Below are positions 42,369 through 58,450 of a DNA stretch of 64,000 bases, piece after piece. This stretch comes from Eledone cirrhosa. Taxonomy: Eukaryota. The stretch spans positions 171,740,001 to 171,804,000 of the forward strand of contig OZ024742.1 in NCBI GenBank assembly GCA_964016885.1, in the 5' to 3' direction. Each line of letters opens with the position of its first letter. The stretch's first letter is position 1. Position numbers and translations under genes: made by a program. The notes under the pieces were generated by a model, which saw only the letters and a program-made list of their open reading frames with translations, had not been told where the DNA came from and searched no databases.

Positions 42369-43144
42369 GTTCTGTCAGCAGAGCTATCTCTCAACTCCTG
42401 TTTCTCCCCCCCCCCACCTCTCTCTCTCTCTTTATCGATCTCTCTCAATATTTCGTAGTCTCTATTTCTCTCATCCTATCTAACAGTCCACATATACTGC
42501 GCTGAATGTCTTATTAAGAGAGCAAACATATAAATAATAGTATTAATAATATTATAACAATGCCAATAATATTTTTTGTTATGAAACCAAAATTTTGTGG
42601 ACTACACACATGCTTGGCCAGATGTTGTGACTTGGAGTCTAGGTTAGAAAATACCAAGACAGTTTCTTTCAGGTTACTCCAGTCCACACAACTGGAGAAA
42701 AGTATTTGTACCAGTAATCACTTCGTGTCATAAGCGGAATTACATGGCAATTACGATAACAGATTATTCCTGTCTGTGGAATGCTCGGCCATTTTCTATG
42801 TTCATTCCACTAGGAAGATTTTCCATTAATCAAACCACTGAAACCCTTGTCGTTGGGTCGGTGGGTCGGTTGCATCAGTATTGCAAATAATTAATATCAA
42901 TATTTTAAATAATTTAATGGCCCAAAACACCATTCATTTTCATGGAATTAGAACCAACATATCCATATCTCTCTTGCTATCCTCCGGGATAATGGTTTTC
43001 CTATTCTGTTCATTGGCAACGTTAGGCAAATTAGACGAACTTTGAGTTGGGGTGTCATCATTTTCTCTACTAGTTCGCACTATCACCGTTAGCATCTCTA
43101 TACACACATAAATACACACCATCAAAATTACAAACTTCCACACA

Positions 43145-43185
<41 letters not shown>

Positions 43186-43334
43186 TGGTCATCGACTGGG
43201 CGTTACACTTATTCTCCTACATATATGTTTATACTGAACACTTTACACTTCTAGATTTTCATATTGTGCTTTATATCTTTTACCTATACACCCGCTGATA
43301 CAATCATCGTAAAGAACAATAACACAGGTGCTGT

Positions 43335-43520
43335 GACTGGAGATCCGTCGATTACGACGATGGCTGTTCCAATTGATGCAATCAAAGAAGCAGCCTGCTC
43401 ATAAAATTAACGTGCAAATTACTGAACATTTCAGTGATACTTATACACTTAACATAGTCTATGGGAGAGTCGACGTGACACAGTGTACGAAAAGCTAGGA
43501 CCATTGAAATAGAGTGAATT
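43335..43520. mobile_element. Old dispersed repeat, probably a third SINE family (opposite-orientation relatives at ~42760-42855 and ~55890-55995)
   Basis: AGCCTGCTCATAAAATTAACGTG versus TTAATTTCACGAACAGGCT; TGTCTGTGGAATG is shared by the two relatives. Confidence 0.5.
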
Positions 43521-44106
43521 GGAGCAAGATGAAATAAAGAATAAAGAGTCGTGCAAAAAGGACACAAGGTATCGCTATGTATCAAACTCCCAACGACACA
43601 CTAATGTGTCTGATAATTTAAGGACACAACCATACGTATTTCCAAGGAAAAGTGGCACGATTAACTAAATAAACCATTTGAGATCAGTTGTCCGAAATAT
43701 TTCTTAAAAGATCTGAAGTATTTATCATTTTGAGACATAACGTAATTTTCTATTTCCAATGTCTCAACGGTGTAGTTATGGTATACACGTCAGAGTAGTA
43801 GCACACAAACAAGACATACTTTTCTCTTTTATTAAAGTTGTATGTCACTAGGGAAATTAGTAACCACCCCTTCTTTACTGAAACTCATTAAATATCATAT
43901 AATTGGCTTTCAATTTTCAGTTCATAAAAGAATTATTGCTATTTCTGATAGACATTTTCCTCACCTTCACTGAAAATCTTTTTTTGAATAAAATATATTT
44001 GTATCTCTGACTCAACTCTTAAATCAGTCCCTTCTGTTTCATCCAAATAAGTTCCCATCATACCACACATTCTTGCTGTTTCAGACATACACATACATGT
44101 ATTTAC

Positions 44107-44139
<33 letters not shown>

Positions 44140-44212
44140 AATTTATACATATATAGGTAGTTATATAGGTACTTATATAATTGCGCACTACCACATACAC
44201 AAACACACACAC

Positions 44213-44292
<80 letters not shown>

Positions 44293-44676
44293 CACAATCC
44301 ATCTACTTTTATCTATTTCCCGATTTTTCAATGCCTAACACATATATGCACATATATATTCTCTATCACTGTCATTCTCTATGTCTCTCTCTCTCTCATT
44401 ATCCCGCTCTTTTCATTGAAACTATCTCACTTACTATATAAGTGCTGATTCTTTTGAAGACTCCATTTTTTATTCATTTATCTGATATTCTCTTCAGAAT
44501 CTCGCTAGCAAAGACCGTTATCTATCTCACTATCTACCGTTAGACCATCTACAGAAATATTTCCATGAAAATCAATATTATTTCTTCTACTCTTTCATAT
44601 GGTTGTTGAGAAGAAGAAATAATATATCTTACCCTTGATTTTTGAGATATTGTGTTTGTTTATTATTCGGTTTTGC

Positions 44677-44871
<195 letters not shown>

Positions 44872-44892
44872 TATATGTATATGTATAAATAA

Positions 44893-44940
<48 letters not shown>

Positions 44941-45031
44941 AAATAAATAAATACATATATATATATATATATGGGTGTGTGAGTGTGTGTGTGCATGTGT
45001 GTGTGTGTGTGCGTGCATGTGTGTATGTATA

Positions 45032-45108
<77 letters not shown>

Positions 45109-45585
45109 CTTTCCACCATTCGTAGATTTCTTTTTCTTCATAAATATCTTAGTTGACTTTAGAGGGGAAAAATCAATGATCAGCTATCAAATTCTTCGGT
45201 GTTTCATTTTCTGACAGTTAAAATCGACCCAGTACGCGGAGGACAACATTTTATATACAGCTTTGAATAACAACATGTCTTTCAAAAGTTATGAAAATAA
45301 GAAACTTAATTACTTATTCTCAAAAAAATCTATGATTTTGGTGTTTTTATTTTCAACATATTTCTTGATATTTTAGTTTTGTTAAGAGTAAAATGAATAC
45401 ATTCTATCCTATAATGCTGGGTAACGGAATGGGTTAAAATTGACAGATCAAACTATTTTTCTGATAAAATGCAGGCTAACCGATAGAAAATAAAGATTGA
45501 AAGTATGTTCAGCTTGCATTTTAGTACAATACATCTCATGAGTGATATATGTACATTCACACACACACACATCTATCTATCAAGT

Positions 45586-45675
<90 letters not shown>

Positions 45676-45726
45676 TCTCTCTCTCTCTCTCTCTCTCTAC
45701 CTCTCTCTTTCTATCTCTCACTATCA

Positions 45727-45820
<94 letters not shown>

Positions 45821-45824
<4 letters not shown>

Positions 45825-47381
45825 CGTTTCTGAATTTGTTTAGCAAGATTCTTTATCTGAAAACGTGTGTTGGAACCGATATTGTTATACTTTGGGAGGG
45901 TCATGTTGCCAATAAGAAACACACGCACCAGTTTCTTTCACTCCAATTTATTATAAATTAAAAACATTTTTTTTTTCTTTTTCAAAAAAAATTTATGAAT
46001 TTATAAATTTCTGGTTGGTTGGTTCCACAACCGGACGGTTGTTAGTATATTGTCAAAGTTCTTTCGTTACACATTATGTGACCTCTTCCGTGACTGGGGA
46101 TTCTTTTCTTTGTTTTGTGCCTCTCCTTTGTTCTGTCCTACGCCAACTTGTTTTTGTGTGTGTTGTGTGCTTAGTTTGCGCATGTGTTACATCTGGGTGT
46201 CTGTGTGTGTTTTTATTTGTTTATTTATTTGTTTATTTACATGTTACTGGTTGGTTGCTTGTTCTATGTGTGTGTGTTTTCATTTTGTCCTTAATTGTAA
46301 GTTGTGATGTTAAAATTCCATTCATGTTTTATATTTAATTTTGTTTGGAGTTCATTTATGTTTATTGCCTCTATAGGAGCACATTTTGGAATAGAATAGA
46401 AAGAACTAGGAAGAAGGTTAATAGAATAAAATCATGGTATGGTAGCAATAAATACCAGAGTGTAATGTTCATCAATACAACCCTTAGAGGTGAATTAGCT
46501 TACACATTTAGAAGGGCCCTAGATAAACTTAAACTTCATATTAAGATAGTAGAAAGACCAGGTACCTCCATAAAACACTTATTAGTAATAAATACCCTTT
46601 TCAAAGACCCCCCTGTATAGATAAGAAATGTATAATCTGTAAACTAAGCCCCCATATTAACTGTAAAACTAGAAACATAGTATATAGCATAAGATGTACT
46701 GAAGGACAATGTAAATATAAGAATATAGTGTACATAGGTGAGACAGCTCGTAGTATAGGAGAACGGATAAATGAACACTGGCGAGAGATTCAAGATAGAA
46801 AATAATCATCAATACTCCACCAACATGCTAAAATAGAACATAAGGACAAATTAGAGAACATAGAAATAAAAATGAAATCTACACACAAAAAAGACGCAAT
46901 GTTTAGACAAATCACAGAGGCAATAAACATAAATGAACTCCAACCAAAATTAAATAGAAAACATGAATGGAATAGCAACATCACAACTTACAATTAAGGA
47001 CAAAATGAAAACACACACACATATAACAAACAACCAACCAGTAACATGTAAATAAACAAATAAATAAACAAATAAAAACACACACAAACACCCGGATGTA
47101 ACACATGCACAAACTAAGCACAAAACACACACAAAAACGAGATGGTGTAGGACAGAAGAAAAGAGGGGCACAAAACAAAGAAAAGAATCCTCAGACACTG
47201 AAGAGGTCACAGAATGTGTGACGAAAGAACTTTGACAATATACGAACAACCGTCCGGTTGTGCAACCAACCAACCAACCGGAAATTTATAAATTTACAAT
47301 TTTTTTTTTTTAAATAAAAAACTAAAATATTTTTTTTTTTTAAATTTATAATAAATTGGAGTGAAACATCTCCCAAAGTCT

Positions 47382-47387
<6 letters not shown>
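45821..47387 (+). mobile_element. PLE 3' fragment, third lineage, with a ~550-bp inverted 5' duplication of its own 3' end
   Basis: 46380-46980 encodes (frameshifted) IVERPGTSIK..CIDKKCIICK..NCKTRNIVYSIRC..VYIGETARSIGERINEH (GIY-YIG). 45821-46372 is largely the reverse complement of 46916-47387. HHR at 47194-47236. (TA)n on both sides. Confidence 0.92.
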
Positions 47388-47444
<57 letters not shown>

Positions 47445-47449
<5 letters not shown>

Positions 47450-47629
47450 GTTTCTACTTTAGGCACAAGGCCAGCAATTACCCAGTGCATTACTGGTACT
47501 TTATTTTATCGACCCCGTAAGGATGAAAGGCAAAGTCAACCTCGGCGGGATTTGAACTCAGATCATAAAGGGACGTAACTATGCTGGAAAGAATGGCGTC
47601 CAACCCTCTACTAATACTGCCAATCCACC
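47445..47629 (-). mobile_element. SINE family 1
   Basis: Near-full copy, ATATATAAT TSD. Confidence 0.93.
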
Positions 47630-47712
47630 ATATATAATGAAACGTTTGTGGCCACTAAAGTACACTCTACTTCGTGTATCGAGTACCTTGCTGAAATTGG
47701 TAAATCCTAAGC

Positions 47713-47772
<60 letters not shown>

Positions 47773-48080
47773 CATTATACATACATAAGCATATGCACTA
47801 GAGTACTTGTCTGTTTTCGAAGTTGATGATATGGAGTTTCATAACACACATTGATTATTCTGCACGCCAAATAGTTCGCTCTTAAACATAGTCAAACGAG
47901 AAATGCACATACACACACGCACACACACACACACAGATATTTTCAAATCAGAAGGAATATAAAACCACTAGGGTGACGAACATATTAACTACGGATAGTA
48001 GGTTTTCAGAACTCGATTAAACGATAAATTAAGGTATACAAACCGACCATAATAACTATTAACATGCAGGCAGGTTCAAA

Positions 48081-48192
<112 letters not shown>

Positions 48193-48652
48193 TATTCTTC
48201 CTTGCAGTTGTACACTTTATGATTGTGCAAATAAATACACTCGTTGAGTATAGAGAAATGTCACCATCCCTTGTTTTCCTGTATACTGAGAAAATACTTG
48301 AAATACTTAATTAATTGTGCAATAATATTGAGGTATTTATCAAAGAGTATTTATATCACCCATCTTCTACGAAGTAATATGTCACTAATTGCCTTATAAA
48401 TCCGACTCTATAGTAATAACCATTAATGTGTTTTAACCATTCATATATTATTAGTGTTTATATAGGTACCCAATTTGAGAATATATTGCAAGCAGGGAAA
48501 GAGCGGACGTAAAATGAAATGATGATGATGATGATGATGATTACATTCTGCACTAACCAGTCTACTTTCAGGCTGCACAAATCCATAAACAGTACAAAGC
48601 TTGCCGGAATGAGTGAATATATGTTAAACACCGGTAGTATATAGCACAGCAT

Positions 48653-48786
48653 TTAATATATACTAAAATTAGTTACCGTGAAATGCACCATACATATATG
48701 TGATTATATATATATGAATATATATATATATATAATCACATATATGTATGGTGCATTTTACGGTAACTAATTTCAGTATATATTAA
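48653..48786. repeat. Palindrome with ~55-bp arms around a (TA)n centre
   Basis: TTAATATATACT..AATTAGTTACCGT..AAATGCACCATACATATATGTGATTATA is mirrored on the right. Confidence 0.9.
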
Positions 48787-48923
48787 TAAATGTTTTATTA
48801 ATATTTGTATTTTAATATTAATAACTTTTAATATTAATAACTCTGGAAAATTATTTACTGTAGAGTGCTTCCAATCTACTGTAAACTCATTCTTTGATGT
48901 ACTCATTGAATCTTGTTTAACTC

Positions 48924-49014
<91 letters not shown>

Positions 49015-49060
49015 GAAATACTGTTGGCTTCACGCTCACAATAATTTCTTTACTTTCATT

Positions 49061-49107
<47 letters not shown>

Positions 49108-49204
49108 GTATAAATATAAATATGTATATATATATATATGTATATATATGTGATAAAATGGGGAGGAAAATACTGCTGGTAGCACATGGATAACATGTAA
49201 TAAA

Positions 49205-49326
<122 letters not shown>

Positions 49327-49769
49327 ATGTATATATGCACATGTAAAACTGAAAGTTTAAGTGCGTCTGCTTAAATATATATTTAATACGTAGAGATGAG
49401 GGGGATAAACAGACACATATTTACGGCGAGAGAGAGAGAGTGAGAAAGAAAGAGAGAGAGAGGAAGAGATAGGGAGAGAGAGAGTGAGAGAGAGAGAAAA
49501 GAGAAAAGATGAGAAAAAGATAGAAATGGAAGTGAAGAATGCAGATGTGAGTGATTGCCATTCAGCACACGTTCTCTCCAATATACCTTCTAAGCAACTT
49601 CAATCAGAGATTCAATATATCAAAATAACACAATTTTCTCCTTATATAAGACGAGAAAGAAGTTTCTGAGGATTTCATGAAATAAGCTCACATGAATTTG
49701 GTGATTGTATACAAACACACGCGCACGCATTCCACCCACCACACACATACACACAAACACACAGAGACA

Positions 49770-49882
<113 letters not shown>

Positions 49883-50022
49883 GCACTCTGTTTAAGGTCT
49901 CTGACCTAAAAGTTAATTTATCCAAAATATAATATGAGAAGTTTTGATTACTAAGAGGATCGATTGAGTACGAGAAGAAAAATCTTACACACAAACACGC
50001 ATATATATATGTATATATATAT

Positions 50023-50070
<48 letters not shown>

Positions 50071-50117
50071 ACACAAATAGAAATATGTGTGTACATATAT
50101 ACATTTACTCACACACT

Positions 50118-50150
<33 letters not shown>

Positions 50151-50628
50151 GGGGGGGGGGGGGACAAGAAACCAATCTTCACAGTAATTTAAAGAAATAT
50201 ATTATCTTAATTCTTGTTACAGTAGGAAAATAATCTTTATATTTTGAACACCAGTCCATCGGCAGTTGATGGAATGACAAATCTGTTCAAATAGAAGGGC
50301 AGGGAGAAAGAAAAGAATTGAACGTGAAACAAACTCCTGTGATAAAGCTTGTGTATATTCAGACCTCTGTTTTGAGGTAAAATCAAGTGAAAAATGATAA
50401 AAACAAAAGGACTGAGCTGTACATATGTTAATCACTGGAGGTTTGTTGTTTCGGTACTTTAAGTTCGACACCACCAGCTCTAGTGTATATGGGACTGTAA
50501 CATATGGAGACAAGACAGAATGAATAGTCTTTAGACGATTTACAAATGAGATAAAATTTGGTGCACATCTTTGTGCTGCAGAACGTGAAGAAGGAAAGTA
50601 ACATAGGATGTCAGAGAATACACATACA

Positions 50629-50693
<65 letters not shown>

Positions 50694-51534
50694 ATGTGTG
50701 TGTGTGTGCGTATGTGTGTGTATGTATGTATAGACATACACAACGAGGACAGAGAGAGCAACAAAAATTGCATATGTACTTAAATACAGATATTTCTCAT
50801 TCCCCTCGTACATATATACATATGTATGTGTGTGTTTGTAAAAATCTGTTTCTTTTTGCTCAACAAACAGTAAATGCCACAACAACAGCATATTTTAAGA
50901 AGTATGGCCGATGGAGTCACAATACCTTGGCGAGGTGAACGTTTCTTTGAAGTTCCTTGAATATACATTATCGGTGATCAAACGAAACTATTGACTGATT
51001 CAATTAAATTTAGTTCTGTTGAACTTGTTGCTTGTTTGGTTTTGATTCATGTGTATTTTACTTTTTCACTTAAATCTATGCACACCTGCACATAAATTCA
51101 ATGTTGGGTTCCCTTAGGTTGGATGTTGTAGAATATTAAACATCACATTATACTACATATTATTTCAAATAATGCATGTGTATATATTTATATGTAATGA
51201 ATCTCAGTATATAATATAGAAACTGCCCTGCTGAGTGTGTAATTTGAGGGAGATTTAGCTGCTGTTTCTATCCAGCCATTTTCAGATACATAGGCCCTCA
51301 AGTAGAAGTTTCGAATCTAAAAAAAGAAATTCGTCGTACACCTCTCATTTATTGTTTCATACGAACACAATTTTTATTCGAATGAAAAATATATTTGTCA
51401 ACTTCTGGCACTACAGAATACATTAAATGGATGATTATAGTATTATTTCCTTCTGTAGAACTTGGTATGAATTATTGAATTTGCTGATAGTTATTTCTTG
51501 TCAGGACACTGCCTTCAATGAACAATGCACAATC

Positions 51535-52241
51535 ATGTGCATGCAGTGACCTTTCAGTCCTGATTTTGTTTTACAGGCACATTCACAGATGAGACACATG
51601 AATTGTCTGTCTCATGGCAATACTGGCTGTGGCGTGTCTTCATGCATTCTGCCATGTCTGGTTGGTCAACCAGCTCACTTGCAAATTAAGCCACTCACTG
51701 TAAATGTACTATGGAGTGCATGGTGGTAGAAGCATCTCACAGCTGACTCGATTTTTACTAGATAGTTGAAAAATCAGCATTTGTTAGAAGGAATCGGCCA
51801 TATACATTGTACCTCAATTCCTGCTGGGTGTGAATGCTTCAAAACAGCATACTCCGCACGCATTTTCTCAAAGACATCACAGCCATACTTGTCTCTCACA
51901 ATTCCCCACAACAAACTTCAGAAATATAGATTTGTTACGTTTATGCTGTGATCTTTTCGCTCTGGTCAGCTCTCCATAAAACAACAGTTTAAGCAACCTT
52001 CCATCTTCCATCCTGACCACATGATCAGCCCAACGCATCTGGTTTGTAATAATCCTCCCCTCAGTGCTGGTCTTGATCACTTTCTCAAGTAGAGCAGCAT
52101 CAGGTGTATAAGAAAACCAGTTGATGTTCAGGATGCATCGGATACAGTGCTGATGAAACCTTTCCAACTGCTAGATGTGATGCACCTAAGTTGTCCACGG
52201 CTTGCATCGGTAGAGCAGATTTGGAAGAACACAGAGCTTTG
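51535..52241 (-). mobile_element. Decayed RTE-clade LINE, C-terminal part of the ORF
   Basis: VLPNLLYRCKPWT..QLERFHQHCIRCILNINW..QMRWADHVVRMEDGRLLKLLFYGEL, and a terminal CLICECACKTKSGLKGH zinc-finger-like motif. Confidence 0.88.
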
Positions 52242-53520
52242 TGTTTTTCGTGATACCCCGATTATACGAGACTCGCTTCCCAAGTTTCCCGAAGGAAGAT
52301 TACTTTCGTAATCCGGTGATCTATGTCAGCATCGTGTACTTCCACAACGCTGTCCACCGCCTCCAATGTTTTTCCTTTCAGAATTTGAATGAAAAATTTA
52401 CTTTACAAATTTCATCAATGTGTTTAACAACTTCTGATACTACAGCACAATAAATTAAATAGATGGTCTTGTATCGCTTTCTTGTCTAATACATTGTATG
52501 TTGTTTGTTATGAAGGAATGAATCAATACATACATACATATAGAGATACATGTATATATATATATACATGTATATATGTGGTATTTATGTATATATAGAT
52601 TAAGCACATGTAACTGGCATTAGCTAGCTGCTTTCTTCGTTCATACACTGATACGGGTTTGCCAGAAAACCGAAATGTCCTCAAATTAGTACGGTAAATG
52701 ATCAGAGAGAACAATCCGCTCATGGATGTGGTAGTTTCATGCTTGATCTATTTAGAGAGAGAGGGAAAGTGAGAGAAGGCATGAAAAAAGTTCAATCGAA
52801 CATTGATTTATAATCACTGAACTGATAATCTATTTAAAATGATGTCTTTTTAAATAGGAATACATGCTGCTTTGAGTTCAGTTAGAATGAAAAGAAAAAT
52901 ATATATATGTGTGTGAGTATGTATGTATATGTGTGTGAGTGTGTGTGTGTGGAGGGGGGTCTGTGTGTGTGTGTGTGTGTGCGTGTGTGTCTGTGTGTGT
53001 GTGTGTGATTCTGCGAATATGTGTGCACGCACTTGATATGAACTGGAAATACATCTGCATATATTTACAGTTCACTGAAAATAAATTTGCGAAAGTTTAA
53101 GAGCAAGTTAAATGTTGGTCGAACCGCTTCTGTTAATATCATAGCTGCAAATGTTCAGTGACAATTCCTCTAATATAATGCGACAATATATTCTATCATG
53201 TCTTACCATTATTATCCACCCTGTGGCAAATATAATTGTAACAAAATAAAGAATTGTTAATTCGGCCGTGATTGATTTTATCTGCATTTAACTCCCACTA
53301 ATCATTAGATAGGTAGATAGACAGACACAACACTCATATATATATACATATATATACTATTGAACAAGATGTTCAATAATAATAATTAACTCCGTTCCTG
53401 CACCACATCAACACATTGAGCGTTTTTCCTACTATTGCATCATGGTTAACTATAAGAAATGACAGGCTCTATTCAGTAGTGGACCACCAACTTCAATATA
53501 TATATATATATATATTATAT

Positions 53521-53801
53521 AAGTCTAAAGTCTCTCTTAAGCCAGAAGGCTCATTTGGCCGGTCCTTATCCCGATTTCATGGCGTGACACGACTGAGAGT
53601 ACAAGACCCCCTTCCTGGACAGGACGCCAGTCCATCGCAGGGTTAAACCCCCGGCTATTGCTGGTACTCATTTTCAGCTGAGTATACTGGAGCAGCGTGA
53701 AATGGAATGTTTTGCTCAAGAACACAACACACAAACCAGGAATCGAACTCACGACATTATTGTCGTAAGTCCAACACTCTTACCACTAGGGTACGTGCGT
53801 C
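53521..53801 (-). mobile_element. tRNA-derived SINE family 2 (degenerate relative at ~40950-41100)
   Basis: A-box-like TAGTGGTAAG, B-box GAGTTCGATTCC, CORE-like TGTGTTCTTGAGCAA, then CCCTGCGATGGACTGGCGTCCTGTCCAGG; tail GACTTTAGACTT. Confidence 0.88.
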
Positions 53802-53809
53802 CACACACG

Positions 53810-53972
<163 letters not shown>

Positions 53973-53989
53973 TTTATATATATATATAT

Positions 53990-54021
<32 letters not shown>

Positions 54022-56119
54022 ATATATATATATATTGTATAAATATATATATATATATATATCTGTTGTTTCCGGCTATAATTGTTTCAGGCGTTTCAGC
54101 CATGAAGATACATGTACTCTTAACATAATTCCCTAAACGATTCCATGTGTCACTGTGTAATGAGAAATGTCCTTTGTATTCCAGGTAGAGATCATCCGAT
54201 AGACTTTTAATCCGTTACACACTAGTCAATTAAACTAGATTTCACTTGATACAAGGCTAAGTTTAAATATATTTGCCATAGATTCCGCGCAGTAAGATTG
54301 AACCTTAGGTCTAAAAATTGCCAAGTGACTTTGTTAAACTTTCAGCCATGCTGCGTTCACTTAGGTTGGATGTAGTAAGACAAAAATGATGCAACCTTCT
54401 AAATATTCTAAAGTGCCAGAATCGGTGTTCTCTGCTAATGATTCTATGTTTCACTGTTAGCCTGTGTGTGCATCTGTGTTATGTATGTTTGTTATTTGTG
54501 TTCACCTTATTTCACCATTCATTGGCTTATTTTATTAATATTAACTATATTGAATTACTAGAGACTCTACACAATTAGACATGCTTCTGCTAAATTTCAT
54601 GCTAATAATGTTTATTAATTCTTCGCTCAAGGCTTCCCTGGAACTGCAGTAACTTCATTTACTTAGAGAAGATGGTATTCAAAACAAGAGTTTTAATTTT
54701 ATTCTGCCAGATTCCACAGAGACAATCCAAGAAATGTCAACCATTTCAACGAAGCGATTAATTTCATAAGCTGATCAGTTACCTCTAATTTAATTTATAT
54801 GTTGTCTCTCCAGCTGATCCGTAACATAGCATTTATTAATTCATTATTGCACCTCCAGTATTTGCTATATTTCCTCTGTTTGCAGCCATAAATTTATGCC
54901 CCAAGATCATCTGCAGCAATATATATAACTTTTTAATATTTTTATTTTTGCACTTGTATGTGTACGGAATATTGTTTTCTACGAACAAATATTCTGAGCG
55001 GTTTATTAAATATAAGTAACTCAAATTGGATATTAGATTCATATTAACCTCGCTGAAATTACTCAAACTTTCGGGCTTCATATGGTTCGAATAACTGGAA
55101 AGCCCGTTATGTCGTATCATGGAAACAATTCTATAAATGTTACATAGATATAATTATTCAAGTTTAAGCATTGAGGTTAAAAAAACAGTGCTTCACAACT
55201 GGCACACATGGTAAATCAATAAACGTGTGACTACAGAATAAAACGTGTAGACTTTGAAATGTATTGTTATATGCTAATTATGCCTGATAATGATGGGCCA
55301 CTGGTCTTTTTGGAAAATCAAATTTTGACGAGGGGGAAAATTGGTTGAGATATATTGCTTTAAAATAAATGAAATTTAAACGATAAAAATGTGTTTGCGA
55401 GCAATAATGAGTGACATTGAGATGTATCCTGAACTGGTACATGTAGCATTAAAGAGTACCTACACAAATGAGCGCAGCAGTAGCAACAGGCCACTGATGA
55501 CACATGTAACATTTGGAAAATAGACTGTCTGAGTTACATTTATATTTGCAGCCACAGCAGTACCAAATGACCAATGAACAAACACAGGTGTGATTTCTAC
55601 AACAGAGATTGTCACTGCCACACTGGTTTTGTCAGCCTCCACAGTACCAACGAATCAATGAAATTATACATGTACAAAACAATGATTGTCATTCAAATAT
55701 TGATTTTTAAGCCCTAGCAGTGAGTGCCCCACTGTACCGCAGCGTACAGTCTCAGAGGCACTGGCATAACATGTAATTTCTGTTATAACATAGTATGGTA
55801 TTATTTCAGTGAGAATTGTCGATTATATATTGACAAATCATGGTTGCATGTTTAGAAAATTCGCTTCCAATTCATTAGTCCTGTTACATATCGTGTCATG
55901 CTGAATCTGCCAGAGAATTTCGTTAAGGTTCCATTTGTCTGTGGAATGTTTAGCCACTAACAGATTAATTTCACGAACAGGCTCTTCTATTGATTAAAAA
56001 TAGAATTCAGTCGTAATTTAAACACAGAACACAGAAACAGAATGCCAAATTTTGGTTTACGTTTGATAAAAGTAAACAAACATCCGTATTTTAGAGGAGT
56101 AATTAAGCAGGGAAGATAA

Positions 56120-56350
56120 TTCTTTCTCAAACTGGCAAAGGGCCAGCAAATTGGGGAAAGGGCAAAGTTGATTATATCAAACCAGTACTTAATGGTACTT
56201 TATTTCAAGTCTTTTCGATTGTACTTTATTTCAAGTCCTAGTCTCCCGAAGGGTGAAAGGCAAATTTGAAATCATAACATAGAAAGACGTAACTGATTGC
56301 AGCAAAGAATGTTGTAGAACATTCTACAGATACTGTCAATCAACTGCCCT
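56120..56350 (-). mobile_element. Old SINE family 1 long variant (a very decayed copy also at ~58950-59030)
   Basis: GGCCAGCAAATTGGGG..TGGTACTTTATTT..GTGAAAGGCAAA..GACGTAACT. Confidence 0.7.
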
Positions 56351-56919
56351 TCTAAAGTAGGAGATACAATAAAGCTGTTCCGTTGTTTCTGAAATGAAGA
56401 CTTTCCGTTGAATAAAAAAGAAAATGACAGGGAAGGGAGAACATCCATGGGTTTATCTTTTTTCCTACTCTTTAATTCATAAAACAAATATCATTTTGTG
56501 GATGTTGGGGAACATAATTTTATATTTCCCAGGTGAGAGAATCACCGTCTCAAGAAACCGGTAAATACTTTGACAATTGGATTGTCAGCTATTTTTCTAC
56601 TGCACATTACTAAGTTTCTATCACACACCCGCCCACAAATGCTTAACCACATTTACGAATACATATACATATATATATATATATTTATATACATGCAGAA
56701 ATATACATACGCTACCAGTGGCATCATGTACGTATATATATATATATATATATTTATTAATACACAAACAGGGTGAGAGGGAGAAGTACAACTTCCCCAT
56801 ATATGCAAGTTTACACTCACACGCACACACACACGTACCCCACACACATGCACACACACATATATATATAAAGTAGAAACAGAAAATATCTGTGCCAATA
56901 TTTAAAAACATTTCAGAAT

Positions 56920-56952
<33 letters not shown>

Positions 56953-57538
56953 GAGATATACAGAGAGAGAGAGAGAGAGAGGGGGGGGAGAGATCTATGC
57001 ATAAATAAACAGAGATATACACATATCTGTGTGTGTGTGTATATATGTGTGTCTAATAAGAAACACAAACGAATTTTTTTCCCATTTCCGGTAACTTCAC
57101 GGGGTTATTAATCTTAGCTTTGAATGTCTTCCTCCCCCAGTAAGAATATATCTACCAAAGTTTCAGTCGCAGCCTGTAAATAGTCGGAAGAAATCTCAAA
57201 GACGCCACATTGTTTCGGGAAGAAACAGCAGATCTGCAATTACAGAAATTCTATATTCCTAATATGTGCCGTCTCCACAGTGAAAAATCGAAAACCAAAA
57301 CCCATCCAACATACCAACCCCACCCACCAAGGAATCGAAACAGAAGTAAAGAATAATAAAAACACCGACAACAACAACAACAATACTACTTTTTGTTGTA
57401 GTTATGTGGGTCTGTGTATATACATATTGTTACGTATATTTGTATATATATATACATATATATGTATATAAATATATAAATACATATATACACACATATA
57501 TATATAGATATATTTATATATATAAATATGTTTATATA

Positions 57539-57585
<47 letters not shown>

Positions 57586-57616
57586 TTATAGATATATATA
57601 CATTTGTGGGCGGATA

Positions 57617-57694
<78 letters not shown>

Positions 57695-57990
57695 GTTTTT
57701 ATGTTGTTATGCGTGTCTGTGTAACAATAAAAATAAGAACACCTTAAACAACATCTCTAGTAATAACATTGAGGAGAAAGTTTCGTTTAGTAGTTATTTT
57801 CAATCATATATTTGATTTCTTTTTAAAATATTTTTCTTGTTTTTGTTTCACAATATTTCGTATTTTTTCTTCAGTTTCTCTTAAACTTGAAAGTTTTCAT
57901 ATAAATCACAGCACAAGTTGATTTCACCGATAATAATTGCATCGTGCTTCAGATTGGCAGTGTTAAGTTTTTTCTGCCTCTGTTTGCACA

Positions 57991-58032
<42 letters not shown>

Positions 58033-58171
58033 CACACACACACATATATACACGCACACACACACACACATACACACATATATATATATATGTGTGTGTG
58101 TGTGCGTGTGTGTGCGTGTGTGTCTATATGTGTATGCGTGGGTGCCTGTGTGTGTGAGTGTGTGTATTTAG

Positions 58172-58204
<33 letters not shown>

Positions 58205-58397
58205 AATATATATATACACATATCTAAATGCTCAATATTTGTTTATAAATATATAAATATACATATACACACCCATATATACATACGGAAAAATATATAA
58301 AGTGTATATATATATATATATAAATATATATATGTATATGTATATACATATCAATATATATATATATATATATATATGTATATGTATATATATATAT

Positions 58398-58450
<53 letters not shown>

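Noticed and set aside
42940-43100. Possible minus-strand exon (MLTVIVRTSRENDDTPTQ..)
   Set aside because: Weak acceptor, no convincing donor, no homology.
50217-50891. 224-aa ORF
   Set aside because: Crosses TA/CA microsatellites with no recognisable motif; nearby TACGAGGG-like mariner end (~50800) is too weak to call.
55490-55535. CTGATGA-CACATGTAACATTTG-GAAA hammerhead-like string
   Set aside because: No stem I or stem III/NUH pairing and not TA-embedded; likely chance.
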